A stretch of 51,152 bases of DNA, taken from an uncultured Actinomycetes bacterium (GTDB lineage: Bacteria > Actinomycetota > UBA4738 > HRBIN12). The stretch is taken from NCBI GenBank assembly GCA_964535065.1, contig CAZHRY010000005.1, positions 1-51,152 of the forward strand. Direction: 5' to 3'. Below, piece after piece: positions 42,777 to 51,022 of the stretch. The translations under genes were made by a program, and so were the position numbers. Every line of letters begins with the position of its first letter. The first letter of the stretch is position 1. Under the pieces are notes generated by a model that was not told where the DNA came from, searched no databases, and was given only the letters and a program-made list of their open reading frames with translations.

Positions 42777-43415
42777 GTGATCCGTTCTCGCTTCCGGCGG
42801 TGGCCCCTTTCGTCCAAGGTCTACGCGGGCCTGGCTGCGGTCTGCGCTGTGGCCGCCTTCGCGCTGGTGCGCCAGGAGGCCGAGAGGGCCACCGCCGGAA
42901 GCGAGCGGGCGCAGGTCGTCGTGGCCGCGCGCGACCTTGAGCCCGGCATCACCCTCACGGCTGCCGACGTGGTGATAGGCCCCGTCGCAGAAGCGCCGCC
43001 GGCAGCCCTTGCGTCCGTCGATCTCGCGATCGGGCACACCACGGTGACCCCGTTCCTCGAAGGAGAGGTGATAGCCCTAACGCGGCTCGCCGAAGCAGGA
43101 GGGCCCCTGACCGTCTCGTTGCCGCCGGGGCTCGTGGGGATGACCGTGGCGCCCGACAGCGTGCCCCAGGGCCTGGCCGCCGGTGACCGGGTCGACGTGC
43201 TGGCCACCTTTGCGGCGGCCAGGCCCTACACGAGCGTGGTCGCCGAGGGCGTGGGGGTGATCGACGTGGCCGAGGGCGAGGGTTTCGGCGGATCCGGAGG
43301 CGGGACGCAGGTGATGCTCGTGCTCGACCCGGCCACGGCGCGCAGCCTCGCGCAGGCCCAGGCGACCGGAACGCTGGCTATCGCGGTCCGGGGGTACGTG
43401 CCGCTGGGCGGATAA
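42777..43415 (+). CDS. SAF-domain membrane-anchored protein (CpaB/RcpC-like)
   Basis: ORF 42777..43415(+), GTG start. N-terminal TM helix, VVVAARDLEPGITLTAADV (SAF-like), and a C-terminal beta domain. Synteny next to fmdB is common in actinobacteria (from memory). Confidence 0.7.
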   Translation: MIRSRFRRWPLSSKVYAGLAAVCAVAAFALVRQEAERATAGSERAQVVVAARDLEPGITLTAADVVIGPVAEAPPAALASVDLAIGHTTVTPFLEGEVIALTRLAEAGGPLTVSLPPGLVGMTVAPDSVPQGLAAGDRVDVLATFAAARPYTSVVAEGVGVIDVAEGEGFGGSGGGTQVMLVLDPATARSLAQAQATGTLAIAVRGYVPLGG

Positions 43416-43445
43416 CATCGGCCGACTTCCGACCCGAGGAGCGAC

Positions 43446-44285
43446 GTGTCGATCTGGCAGGCCATCATCCTGGGGCTGACCCAGGGCGCGAGCGAGTACG
43501 CGCCCATCTCCAGCTCCGGTCACCTGATCGTGCTCCCATGGCTGTTCGGCTGGCCCATCGTCGCCGACGCCGACCTGAACAAGACCTTCGACGTCGCCCT
43601 GCACATGGGCACGCTCCTGGGCGCTCTCGTCTACTTACGCAGAGACGTGGTCCGGTACACGGCCGCCTGGCTCGGGTCGGCCCGGCGTAGGAGCGCGACC
43701 ACGCCCGACGAGCGTCTGGCCTGGGCTCTCGTAGTCGGCACGCTGCCGGGAGTGGCGTTCGGCGCCCTCGGCGAGGGGTTCATCCAGGACCGGCTGGGCG
43801 AGCCGTGGATGATCGCGGCCCTGCTGGCCGTGTTCGGGGTCGTGCTGTGGATCGTCGACCGGCGCGCCGGATCACGGCGCGGGTTCGACTCGATAGGCGT
43901 GAGGACGGGCCTGTTCCTCGGTTTCGCCCAGGCCACGGCCCTGGCTCCCGGGGTCTCCAGGTCGGGCATAACGATGACGGCGGCGCGCGCGATCGGCATC
44001 GACCGAGAGTCCGCCGCGCGCTTCTCCTTCTTGCTGTCCCTGCCGGTCATCGCCGGCGCTGGGATCTACGAGGGGATCGACCTAGTTCGGGAGGGGCTGC
44101 GCGGCTACGGCGCCGAGTTCTTCTGGGGCTTCGTCTCGTCGGGGGTCAGCGGCTACGTGGTGGTGTGGTTCCTGTTGGGCTACCTGAAACGCCACGGGTA
44201 CGCCGTCTTCATGGGGTACCGGCTCGTGGCCGCGGCTGTCGTGCTCGGCGCGATCGCGCTGGGCGTTCGCGAGGCGACGATCTAG
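43446..44285 (+). CDS. uppP: undecaprenyl-diphosphate phosphatase
   Basis: ORF 43446..44285(+), GTG start. GLTQGASEYAPISSSGH, FDVALHMGT, and PGVSRSGITM. Confidence 0.9.
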   Translation: MSIWQAIILGLTQGASEYAPISSSGHLIVLPWLFGWPIVADADLNKTFDVALHMGTLLGALVYLRRDVVRYTAAWLGSARRRSATTPDERLAWALVVGTLPGVAFGALGEGFIQDRLGEPWMIAALLAVFGVVLWIVDRRAGSRRGFDSIGVRTGLFLGFAQATALAPGVSRSGITMTAARAIGIDRESAARFSFLLSLPVIAGAGIYEGIDLVREGLRGYGAEFFWGFVSSGVSGYVVVWFLLGYLKRHGYAVFMGYRLVAAAVVLGAIALGVREATI

Positions 44286-44779
44286 GGCTCGGGGACCTTG
44301 CCGAGCGTCAGGATCACCCAAGGCTTGAAGCCCTCCCGCTCGTAGAAGGCCTTCACGCGATCGTTGGTCGCCAGCACGCCGATCACCATCTCCTCGATGC
44401 CGCGCTCCCGCACGCGCCCGTACACCTCGCGCATCAACGCCGTGCCGATGCCTTTGCCCCGCTCTTCCTCAAGGACGGCCAGCGACTCCAGCTCCGCGAA
44501 CCTCGGGCCGGTCAGGTGGGAGTCGTCGGCGCCGCGGATCGCGACCAGCGCGTAGCCGATCGCCCGGCCGCCCTCGTCCTCCGCTATCAGGAGGAAGGAG
44601 CCGGGCTCGGCCAGCCACTCCCGATAGCGATCGCTGCGGATCTGCCACCACCCGTCCTCGTCACGAGGTGGGATCCCGGGTATCTGCGGATCGACGGTCA
44701 CGTGAAAGCGATGGAGGGAGCGCGTGAGCGGCTCGAGATCAGGAACGCGTTCAGGGCCGGCTTCGACGATGTGGAACAT
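44282..44779 (-). CDS. GNAT family N-acetyltransferase
   Basis: ORF 44282..44779(-). Acetyl-CoA motif A VLEEERGKGIGTALM. Its ATG shares one base with the pmbA stop (TGATG). Confidence 0.8.
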   Translation of the reverse strand: MFHIVEAGPERVPDLEPLTRSLHRFHVTVDPQIPGIPPRDEDGWWQIRSDRYREWLAEPGSFLLIAEDEGGRAIGYALVAIRGADDSHLTGPRFAELESLAVLEEERGKGIGTALMREVYGRVRERGIEEMVIGVLATNDRVKAFYEREGFKPWVILTLGKVPEP

Positions 44780-46122
44780 CAGACGCCGGCGAGGGTCATC
44801 TCGCCGATGAGGATCGACGGCGTGCCCACGCTCATGAAGAAGCGGAGATCGTCACCGACGCCGGTGATCCCCCCGAGCATGCCGGGAAGCGTGGAAGCGA
44901 CGGTCATCTCGCGCAGCGGCTCGCCGAGCGCCCCTCCCTGGATGCGCAGGCCGGTCGCGCCGACGCTGAACTCGCCGCTGATCGGGTTGGCGCCGGAGTG
45001 CACGCCGGTTACCTCCTGGATGAGCACGCCGCCTTCAGCGGCCGCGAGCAGGTCTCTCTCGCTCATCCCGCCGGCCTCCACGTAGAAGTTGGACGTGCCG
45101 ACACGCGGCAGGCCCTTGTAGCCGCCGCGCTTGGCGTTGCCCGTCGAGCGCTGCCCGCCGCCGGCGCGCCTGGCCGTGTAGGTGCTGTGCAGGAAGCCGC
45201 CCAGGACGCCGGAGGTGAACAGCTCCGTCCGGGCGGAAGGCACACCCTCGCCGTCGAACGGGCAGGCGGCCGGACCGTCCGAGATCCGCCCGTCGTCCAC
45301 CAGGGTGAACAGCTCCGAGCCGACCTGCTCACCGATCATCGAAGCGAACAGAGAGCGTCCCTTCAGCACGTTGTCGGCGTTGAGCGCCTCGGCCAGCACG
45401 CCGAGGAAGTCCGACGCCGCGAACGGGTCCAGCACGATGGGCACCCTGGCCGTGGGCGGCTTGGTCGCGCCCAGCATCCGCACCGCGCGAGCGACCGCTT
45501 CGTCGGCGACCGGCTCGCGCGGCAGCTCGTCCAGCCCACGCGCGATCTTGAACGAGAACCCCGTCTGGGTCTCGTCGCCTTCGACCGCGAGCGTGACCAC
45601 GACCACCCAGGCGTCGGTGCGCGAGTACTCGGCCGCGACCCCCGTGGTCGAGGCGATCGAGACACGCGACACCGCATCGCCCACCTGAGCCAGGTCGAGC
45701 TTGGTGACCCGTGGGTCGCGCGTGACCGAGTAGGACTCCAGGTCCAGCGCCATCCGGACCTTCTGATCGGCGTCGAGTCCCGCGCTCGTCTCGGAGAACA
45801 GCTCGGGCATCGCTTCGAAGGGCTCGGGGTCCGGCAGTCCGTTGTGTTCGTCGGGTTCGGCGAGCGAGGCATTCTCGCGCGCCCGGGTGACCGCCTCGCG
45901 CACGTCGTCTGCGGACGGGTCGGCGACCCACGCGTATCCGAGGCGGCCGCCGGCGATCAGCCGCACGCCCACGCCGCGGGACTCCGCGAACTTCATCCCT
46001 TCGATCTCGCTGCGGAGCGCGCTTACCTCCGTCCGCTTGCTCTCCTCTGCGAACGCCTCGACCTGCTCGCCGTCCTCGGCGGCCTCGACCGCTACCCGTG
46101 TGAGGTCGGACAGGTCAGGCAC
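44779..46122 (-). CDS. pmbA: TldD/PmbA family metalloprotease subunit (PmbA/TldE-like)
   Basis: ORF 44779..46122(-). C-terminal GGYKGLPRVGTSNFYVE....GVLIQEVTGVHSGANPISGEFS. No HExxxH motif, as expected for the PmbA partner. Confidence 0.85.
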   Translation of the reverse strand: MPDLSDLTRVAVEAAEDGEQVEAFAEESKRTEVSALRSEIEGMKFAESRGVGVRLIAGGRLGYAWVADPSADDVREAVTRARENASLAEPDEHNGLPDPEPFEAMPELFSETSAGLDADQKVRMALDLESYSVTRDPRVTKLDLAQVGDAVSRVSIASTTGVAAEYSRTDAWVVVVTLAVEGDETQTGFSFKIARGLDELPREPVADEAVARAVRMLGATKPPTARVPIVLDPFAASDFLGVLAEALNADNVLKGRSLFASMIGEQVGSELFTLVDDGRISDGPAACPFDGEGVPSARTELFTSGVLGGFLHSTYTARRAGGGQRSTGNAKRGGYKGLPRVGTSNFYVEAGGMSERDLLAAAEGGVLIQEVTGVHSGANPISGEFSVGATGLRIQGGALGEPLREMTVASTLPGMLGGITGVGDDLRFFMSVGTPSILIGEMTLAGV

Positions 46123-47500
46123 CGGTTCCCCCGACGGTGATACGCGAGATGCGAAGCGTCGGCGAGCCGCTGCCCACCGGCGCGCTCTGGTCGTCCTTGC
46201 CGCAGACGCCCTCCCACGTGTCGAAGTCCGAGCCGACGGCGTCGACCGCGCTCATGACCTCTATGGCGCGGCCGATCAGGTTTGCGCCCCGGACCGGTGT
46301 CGTGATCCGGCCGTTCTCGATCATGAAGCCCTCGGAGACCCCGAAGACGAAGTCGCCGGTCGCCGGGTTGACCTGCCCTCCTCCGAGCCCCGTGACGTAG
46401 ACGCCCCGCGCCGTGTCCGCCACGATCTGCTCGGGGTCGGTGGCTCCAGGGAGGATGTTCGTGTTGGTCATGCGGACTATCGGAGGGTGCGCGTAGGACT
46501 CGCGGCGGCCGTTGCCCGTGGGCTCGACGCCCATCTTCGCGGCGCGCATCCGGTCCTGCAGGAAGCCCTGAAGGACGCCGCCTTCGAACAGGACGGTCCG
46601 GCGCGCCGGTTCGGCTTCGTCGTCGAAATCGAACGAGCCCCAGCCGTTGCCGATCGTGGCGTCGTCCACGCCGTCGATCAGGTCGCTCGCGCACTTCTTG
46701 CCCACCAGGTCCCGGTACACACTCGCGTCCTTGTCCACCGCGTCCGCCTCCAACGGATGCCCCACCGCCTCGTGGAAGAGCACGCCGCCGCATCCGTTGG
46801 CCACGACCACCGCCATCTCACCGGCGGGTGCGGGCACGGAGTCCAACATGGTGACCGCGCGCCTGGCTGCCTTCTCCGCGGTCTCCGAAGGCGTGTGGAC
46901 GTCCAGGAATTCGACGCCGGCGCAGGCGGCGGGACCCTGCCAACCGGTCTGGATCAGGTCGCCCCTCTTGGCCACCACCTGGGCCACCAGGCGAATGCGA
47001 GGCCGGTCCTCCTCCACCCAGCGGCCGTCGCTGGTCGCGATCAGGCGGCGCTGGAGCGAGTCCGCGTACACGCCCACGACCTGCGCGACCTCCGGTGACA
47101 CCCCACGCGCGACCTCGTCCACCTCGCGGAGCCAGCCGACCTTGGTCGCTGCGGGAACGCCCTCTGCCGGAAGCTGGACGGTGTTGGTCCCCGGTCCTTC
47201 GCTCTTCGTCAGATCGACGACGCGACCGTCCGAGCCGCCCGAAAGCGCGGCGCTCGCCGCTGCGGCCACCTCGAGCAGCGAGTCGCGGTCGAGGCGATTG
47301 GAGTAGGCGTAGCCGTAGGAGGTGCCGCGAACGATGCGGACGCCGGCGCCCCTGTCGTGGCCCGTCGTCAGCTCCTCGACCTTTCCGTCGTCCAGGCGGA
47401 TAGAGGTCGCGGAGCGCTCTTCGACGAACACCTCTGAGAAGTCCCCGCCGTTGCGGAGCGCGGCGCGCAGGACGTCCTGAACCAGGGCGGGGTCGAGCAT
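46115..47500 (-). CDS. tldD: metalloprotease TldD
   Basis: ORF 46115..47611(-), trimmed to ATG 47500 (MLDPALVQDVLRAAL). The HEAVGHPLEAD zinc motif (HExxxH) and GVCGKDDQSAPVG. Confidence 0.9.
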   Translation of the reverse strand: MLDPALVQDVLRAALRNGGDFSEVFVEERSATSIRLDDGKVEELTTGHDRGAGVRIVRGTSYGYAYSNRLDRDSLLEVAAAASAALSGGSDGRVVDLTKSEGPGTNTVQLPAEGVPAATKVGWLREVDEVARGVSPEVAQVVGVYADSLQRRLIATSDGRWVEEDRPRIRLVAQVVAKRGDLIQTGWQGPAACAGVEFLDVHTPSETAEKAARRAVTMLDSVPAPAGEMAVVVANGCGGVLFHEAVGHPLEADAVDKDASVYRDLVGKKCASDLIDGVDDATIGNGWGSFDFDDEAEPARRTVLFEGGVLQGFLQDRMRAAKMGVEPTGNGRRESYAHPPIVRMTNTNILPGATDPEQIVADTARGVYVTGLGGGQVNPATGDFVFGVSEGFMIENGRITTPVRGANLIGRAIEVMSAVDAVGSDFDTWEGVCGKDDQSAPVGSGSPTLRISRITVGGTGA

Positions 47501-47519
47501 CGGGCGCGATGCTACCAGT

Positions 47520-47567
47520 GGCCGTGCGAACGGGCGCCGCGCGCTCAAGGGGCCCGTTCGCACGGCC
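47520..47567. promoter_or_regulatory. 16-bp perfect inverted repeat (GGCCGTGCGAACGGGC - 16 nt - GCCCGTTCGCACGGCC), flanked by outer TACCAG/CTGGTA arms
   Basis: Read directly. Arms at 47520-47535 and 47552-47567, with outer 6-mers at 47513-47518 and 47579-47584. Sits in the 98-nt divergent spacer between tldD (ATG 47500) and the + strand membrane gene (ATG 47599). Confidence 0.7.
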
Positions 47568-47598
47568 GGGGCTCGCCGCTGGTACGTTCGCTCGCTAC

Positions 47599-48117
47599 AT
47601 GGCCACAGCAAGAGCGCAGGTCAGGGAGGGTTCCGGCGGGGAGCCTGCGCGCGGCCTCCGGGCTTCGTTCGACAGGCACCGCGGACCGGTGGACCTGCTC
47701 CTCGTGGCCGCCATCGGAGCAGCCCTCACGGTGCTCTTCCTCAGGCCGGGCGATCTTCACGGCTATCCGTTCCCAGTGGGGCCCGACGCCCCCGTCTATA
47801 TGTGGTGGGCGAAGGTTGCCGCCGGGCGAGGCGTTTCGCTGGTCGGCGAGCGGCCGGGGACGCCGGTGCTGATCCCTTCGCTCGGAGCGCTGCTGGGGGC
47901 AGGGATCGTCCCGGCGCTGGCCGGCCTGCAGTACGCGCTGGGGCCGGCGATCGGACTGGCCGCGACCGGCCTTTCGCGGGGACGCGGGGCGGTGCCGCGA
48001 CCGGCCTGGATCGCCGGCGGCCTGCTTGCGGGGACGTGGGCGACCTTCCTGGGTGGCGGCTACGTCGCCAACCTCGCGTTCGTCGCGCCCTACCTGGCGG
48101 CGGGTGGGGGGGGATAG
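47599..48117 (+). CDS. polytopic membrane protein, N-terminal segment (GT-C-like; ends at in-frame TAG)
   Basis: In ORF 47509..48117(+), from ATG 47599. Several TM helices. Ends ...YLAAGGGG then TAG at 48115-48117, directly after a G8 run. Confidence 0.55.
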   Translation: MATARAQVREGSGGEPARGLRASFDRHRGPVDLLLVAAIGAALTVLFLRPGDLHGYPFPVGPDAPVYMWWAKVAAGRGVSLVGERPGTPVLIPSLGALLGAGIVPALAGLQYALGPAIGLAATGLSRGRGAVPRPAWIAGGLLAGTWATFLGGGYVANLAFVAPYLAAGGGG

Positions 48118-48138
48118 CGCCGCCCCCGGCGCCGGACC

Positions 48139-49512
48139 GTGGCCGCGGCCGGGTTGTTGGGAGGGGCGGGGCTCGCCCACCCCCAGTTGTTCGCCGTCGG
48201 CGCCGTCATCCTCGCGCTGGCCGCCGGTCTTTCCTCCCTGCTCGACGAGAGGTTCTCTTGGAGCGGGGACAGCGGGCGGGCACTCGTCGCCCTCGTGGGA
48301 GGGGGGACCATCGTCGCCGCCGGGCTGGTCGCCGCCCTCGGCGGCCCGCCGCATCTGGCCGGCGACACCTCCAAGGACGCCTTCCTCCGGCGGGCAGGCC
48401 GGTGGGACGCCCTGAGGCAGGCCTACCTCGAGCGAGCCTCCGACAACTGGCGCCGGTACGCGCCCTTCATGACCTCGGCGCTGTCGGTGGCGGGCCTCGT
48501 GCACGGCCGCGCCTTCAAGCGGCGATTCCTGGCCGCCTGGACGGGGTTCACGGTCGTGATGATTCCGATCGGAGCCCTGACCGGCTGGTACCCGCCGGAT
48601 CGCATCCTCACGTTCGCCTTCTGCTTGCCCCTTCTGGCTGGCATCGGGCTCGTGTGGCTCGGCGAGAAACTCGGCCGATGGTGGCTGGCGTGGCCGGCCG
48701 GGATCCTGCTCGCCTCGCTGATGGCATACCCGGCCGTCAGGGACTGGGACGACGTGAAGGCATACGTCTCGTCCGGCGAGATGGCGGCCGCCAACCTCGC
48801 CGGGCGCATCGCCGCCACCACGGAGCCTGGCACGCCGCTCGTGTTCGTCGCCAACGACCCGACTACGCCCTCGCTCTTCCTCGCCTCTCATTCGTTGAAC
48901 GTCGCGCGGGCCGCCGTGCCCTCGGATCGCATCGAAGACGTCTACGTCTACGTCGGGACACCAGAGAACCTGCTCGCCGGCGTCCCGACGCTGCGTGGGG
49001 ACGACCTCTACGACCTGGCGTCGCGCGACTCCCTGGCTCAGATCCCATCGACCGAGCCCATGGCCGTGTTCGTCGTCAGCGAACTCAACCGCGACCCGGT
49101 CGCCTTCGAGAACACTGCCCTGACCCGGTGGGCCGCCGGGGTGGCGACGACCGTGCCCGACCCCCGCCCCCTTCCTCCGCCCGAGGACGAGATCGCCCCC
49201 TCCGATGCCGGCGAGATCCGCGCCGCTACGCTTCGCACCCTGTTGTTGCTCTTCGTCCTAGGGATGGGTTGGGCTTGGTGGTGCATGGGAGACGTTCCCG
49301 GCGCGGTGGCGATCGCTCCCGCCTTCGGAGTCGCAACGCTGACGATCGCGGCTCTCGCGCTGGAGCGACTGGGTTTCGACTTCGCGAGCCCGGGAGTCGC
49401 GACGGTGGCGGCGATGCTAGCGGGCGGCAGCGGATACGCGCTCTTCGGCCTGCGGATCCTCCGGCAGCCCCACAGACGCGTCGGCGAGACCGGCGCCGGT
49501 CTTCAGGCGTGA
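48139..49512 (+). CDS. polytopic membrane protein, continuation segment (same frame as 47599..48117)
   Basis: ORF 48139..49512(+), GTG start with no SD. More TM helices, a soluble domain of about 170 aa, then 3 C-terminal TM helices. The frame is identical to the upstream segment, so it is probably one interrupted gene. Confidence 0.6.
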   Translation: MAAAGLLGGAGLAHPQLFAVGAVILALAAGLSSLLDERFSWSGDSGRALVALVGGGTIVAAGLVAALGGPPHLAGDTSKDAFLRRAGRWDALRQAYLERASDNWRRYAPFMTSALSVAGLVHGRAFKRRFLAAWTGFTVVMIPIGALTGWYPPDRILTFAFCLPLLAGIGLVWLGEKLGRWWLAWPAGILLASLMAYPAVRDWDDVKAYVSSGEMAAANLAGRIAATTEPGTPLVFVANDPTTPSLFLASHSLNVARAAVPSDRIEDVYVYVGTPENLLAGVPTLRGDDLYDLASRDSLAQIPSTEPMAVFVVSELNRDPVAFENTALTRWAAGVATTVPDPRPLPPPEDEIAPSDAGEIRAATLRTLLLLFVLGMGWAWWCMGDVPGAVAIAPAFGVATLTIAALALERLGFDFASPGVATVAAMLAGGSGYALFGLRILRQPHRRVGETGAGLQA

Positions 49513-51003
49513 GCGCAGGTCTAGCAGCGCTCTCCCGACCAGGACGAGCAGCGCAGGGGCCACCATCCAGTGACCGACGAGCAGGTTGACCTCGAACCCC
49601 TTCGGGTACCTGAGGGGCTCCGCGGACCACAGGGTCACAGCCAGCATCGCCCCTGCCGCGATGACGGCGGTCCGCGCGACCCGCGGCATCGCCCAAACGA
49701 GCGGCAGGGACCAGACCACGTACCAGGGAAGGAGCACGGGCCCGAGCAGCGTCAGCAGCATCAGGGACCAGCCGCATGCGGCGGTCTCCTCAAGCATCGG
49801 CGTGGGCATCCCGGGAACCGACGCCCTATTCCACACAGCGCGGCCCAGTCCGGCCAGCGACAGCGCCAAGAGGGCCGCGAACGCCCACCGCGAGGCGACC
49901 GTGACCCCGTCCACGGTCAGCCAGCCCGCGAATCGGCTGACCGCTTTCGAAGGAGAGAGCCAGCCTTCATGCCCCGCCAGCTCGACCATCCCGAGGGTGG
50001 GATCATCGGCTTGCATGTAGGGCAGGGCGAACGCCGCCGCCAGCACGACGATGACGCCGCTCAGGTGCAGCGCCGGTCGGATGCGTTCTCCGACCGGACG
50101 CCGCGCGACGAGCCAAAGGACCAGGAGCACGAGCGGGATGAAGGCAGTCGCCTTCACTAGCGCCCCTAGCGTCAGGACGGCGACCGCCGTCCGCTCGCGG
50201 CCGTCAAGGGCCAGGGCCAGTGCGGAGACGACCGCGAGGGCCACCAGGAGGTCGTTGTGACCGCTGGCGACGGAATGGAAGAGCACCACCGGGTTCGCGC
50301 CGAAGGCCGCGAGGGCGAAGGCGGTCCGGCGCGGCGCGACCCTGTGCACCAGCCGGACGAGCACGGCGCAGGTCGCGAGGCTCGCCGCGATGGCCAGGTA
50401 GCGGTACGCCTCGACGTGATCCACCGGCTTCGAAAGGACCTTCGACAAGCCGGCCGAGAGTGTCGTCCACGCGGGCCCGTACACGGCCGGCGTGTCCACC
50501 CACTTGGGACCGACGTAGTTCCAGAGCATGTCCGAGGAGTGGTCCAGCGGCGTCTGCACGTAGGGGTTCTCGCCGTAGACGCCGGCGATGCGCCCGTAGA
50601 AGGCGTACGAGTAGACGTCGCGCGAGAACAGCAGAGGCACGAACAGCAGGGCGACGTGCGCGGCGACGACCAGCCACACCAGAGCCTTGACCGACACGCG
50701 TTCCCGGAACGCCTCGCGCAGCAGGTAGAGGAACGCCGCCACCGCCACGGCCGCGATCACCGTGGCGACCGCCATTTGCACGTCGCCCTCCAGGCGGTCG
50801 AGCCTGAGCAGCACGGCCAGATCGCGGAGCGGGCCTCTCGGCTGGCCGCTCGGCGTCAGGACGGGCTGGTAGGGCGACCCCGGCGCGGCGGCCATCACCG
50901 CCATGACCAGCAGCGACAGGCCCGCCAGGGCTATCGCTGTGGTCGCGGACGGGCGTGCGGAACGAGGCCTGGGCGGCTGGTCCACGGGAACGGACGGTAC
51001 CAC
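49417..51003 (-). CDS. GT-C family polyprenol-phosphate-mannose-dependent mannosyltransferase, MptA/MptB-like
   Basis: ORF 49417..51003(-), more than 10 TM helices. The first-loop motif FSRDVYSYAFYGRIAGVYGENPY resembles the S.DvYsY...G..G.nPY loop of mycobacterial MptB-type enzymes (from memory). Confidence 0.65.
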   Translation of the reverse strand: MVPSVPVDQPPRPRSARPSATTAIALAGLSLLVMAVMAAAPGSPYQPVLTPSGQPRGPLRDLAVLLRLDRLEGDVQMAVATVIAAVAVAAFLYLLREAFRERVSVKALVWLVVAAHVALLFVPLLFSRDVYSYAFYGRIAGVYGENPYVQTPLDHSSDMLWNYVGPKWVDTPAVYGPAWTTLSAGLSKVLSKPVDHVEAYRYLAIAASLATCAVLVRLVHRVAPRRTAFALAAFGANPVVLFHSVASGHNDLLVALAVVSALALALDGRERTAVAVLTLGALVKATAFIPLVLLVLWLVARRPVGERIRPALHLSGVIVVLAAAFALPYMQADDPTLGMVELAGHEGWLSPSKAVSRFAGWLTVDGVTVASRWAFAALLALSLAGLGRAVWNRASVPGMPTPMLEETAACGWSLMLLTLLGPVLLPWYVVWSLPLVWAMPRVARTAVIAAGAMLAVTLWSAEPLRYPKGFEVNLLVGHWMVAPALLVLVGRALLDLRSRLKTGAGLADASVGLPEDPQAEERVSAAAR

Positions 51004-51022
51004 CGGCCCCGCACGTTCACGG

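Noticed and set aside
42777-43415. Tad/Flp pilus locus inferred from the CpaB-like SAF-domain gene
   Set aside because: There is no CpaC/CpaE/CpaF/TadBC, prepilin peptidase or Flp pilin gene nearby. A lone SAF-domain gene next to fmdB is ordinary actinobacterial synteny.
44998-47098. Long plus-strand ORFs 44998..46140 and 45842..47098
   Set aside because: They are antisense to pmbA and tldD, which carry family motifs including HExxxH.
47545-49589. 448-aa minus-strand and 595-aa plus-strand ORFs across the GT-C-like gene
   Set aside because: Both are R/G/P/D-rich with no TM helices. The third frame encodes a coherent polytopic membrane protein.
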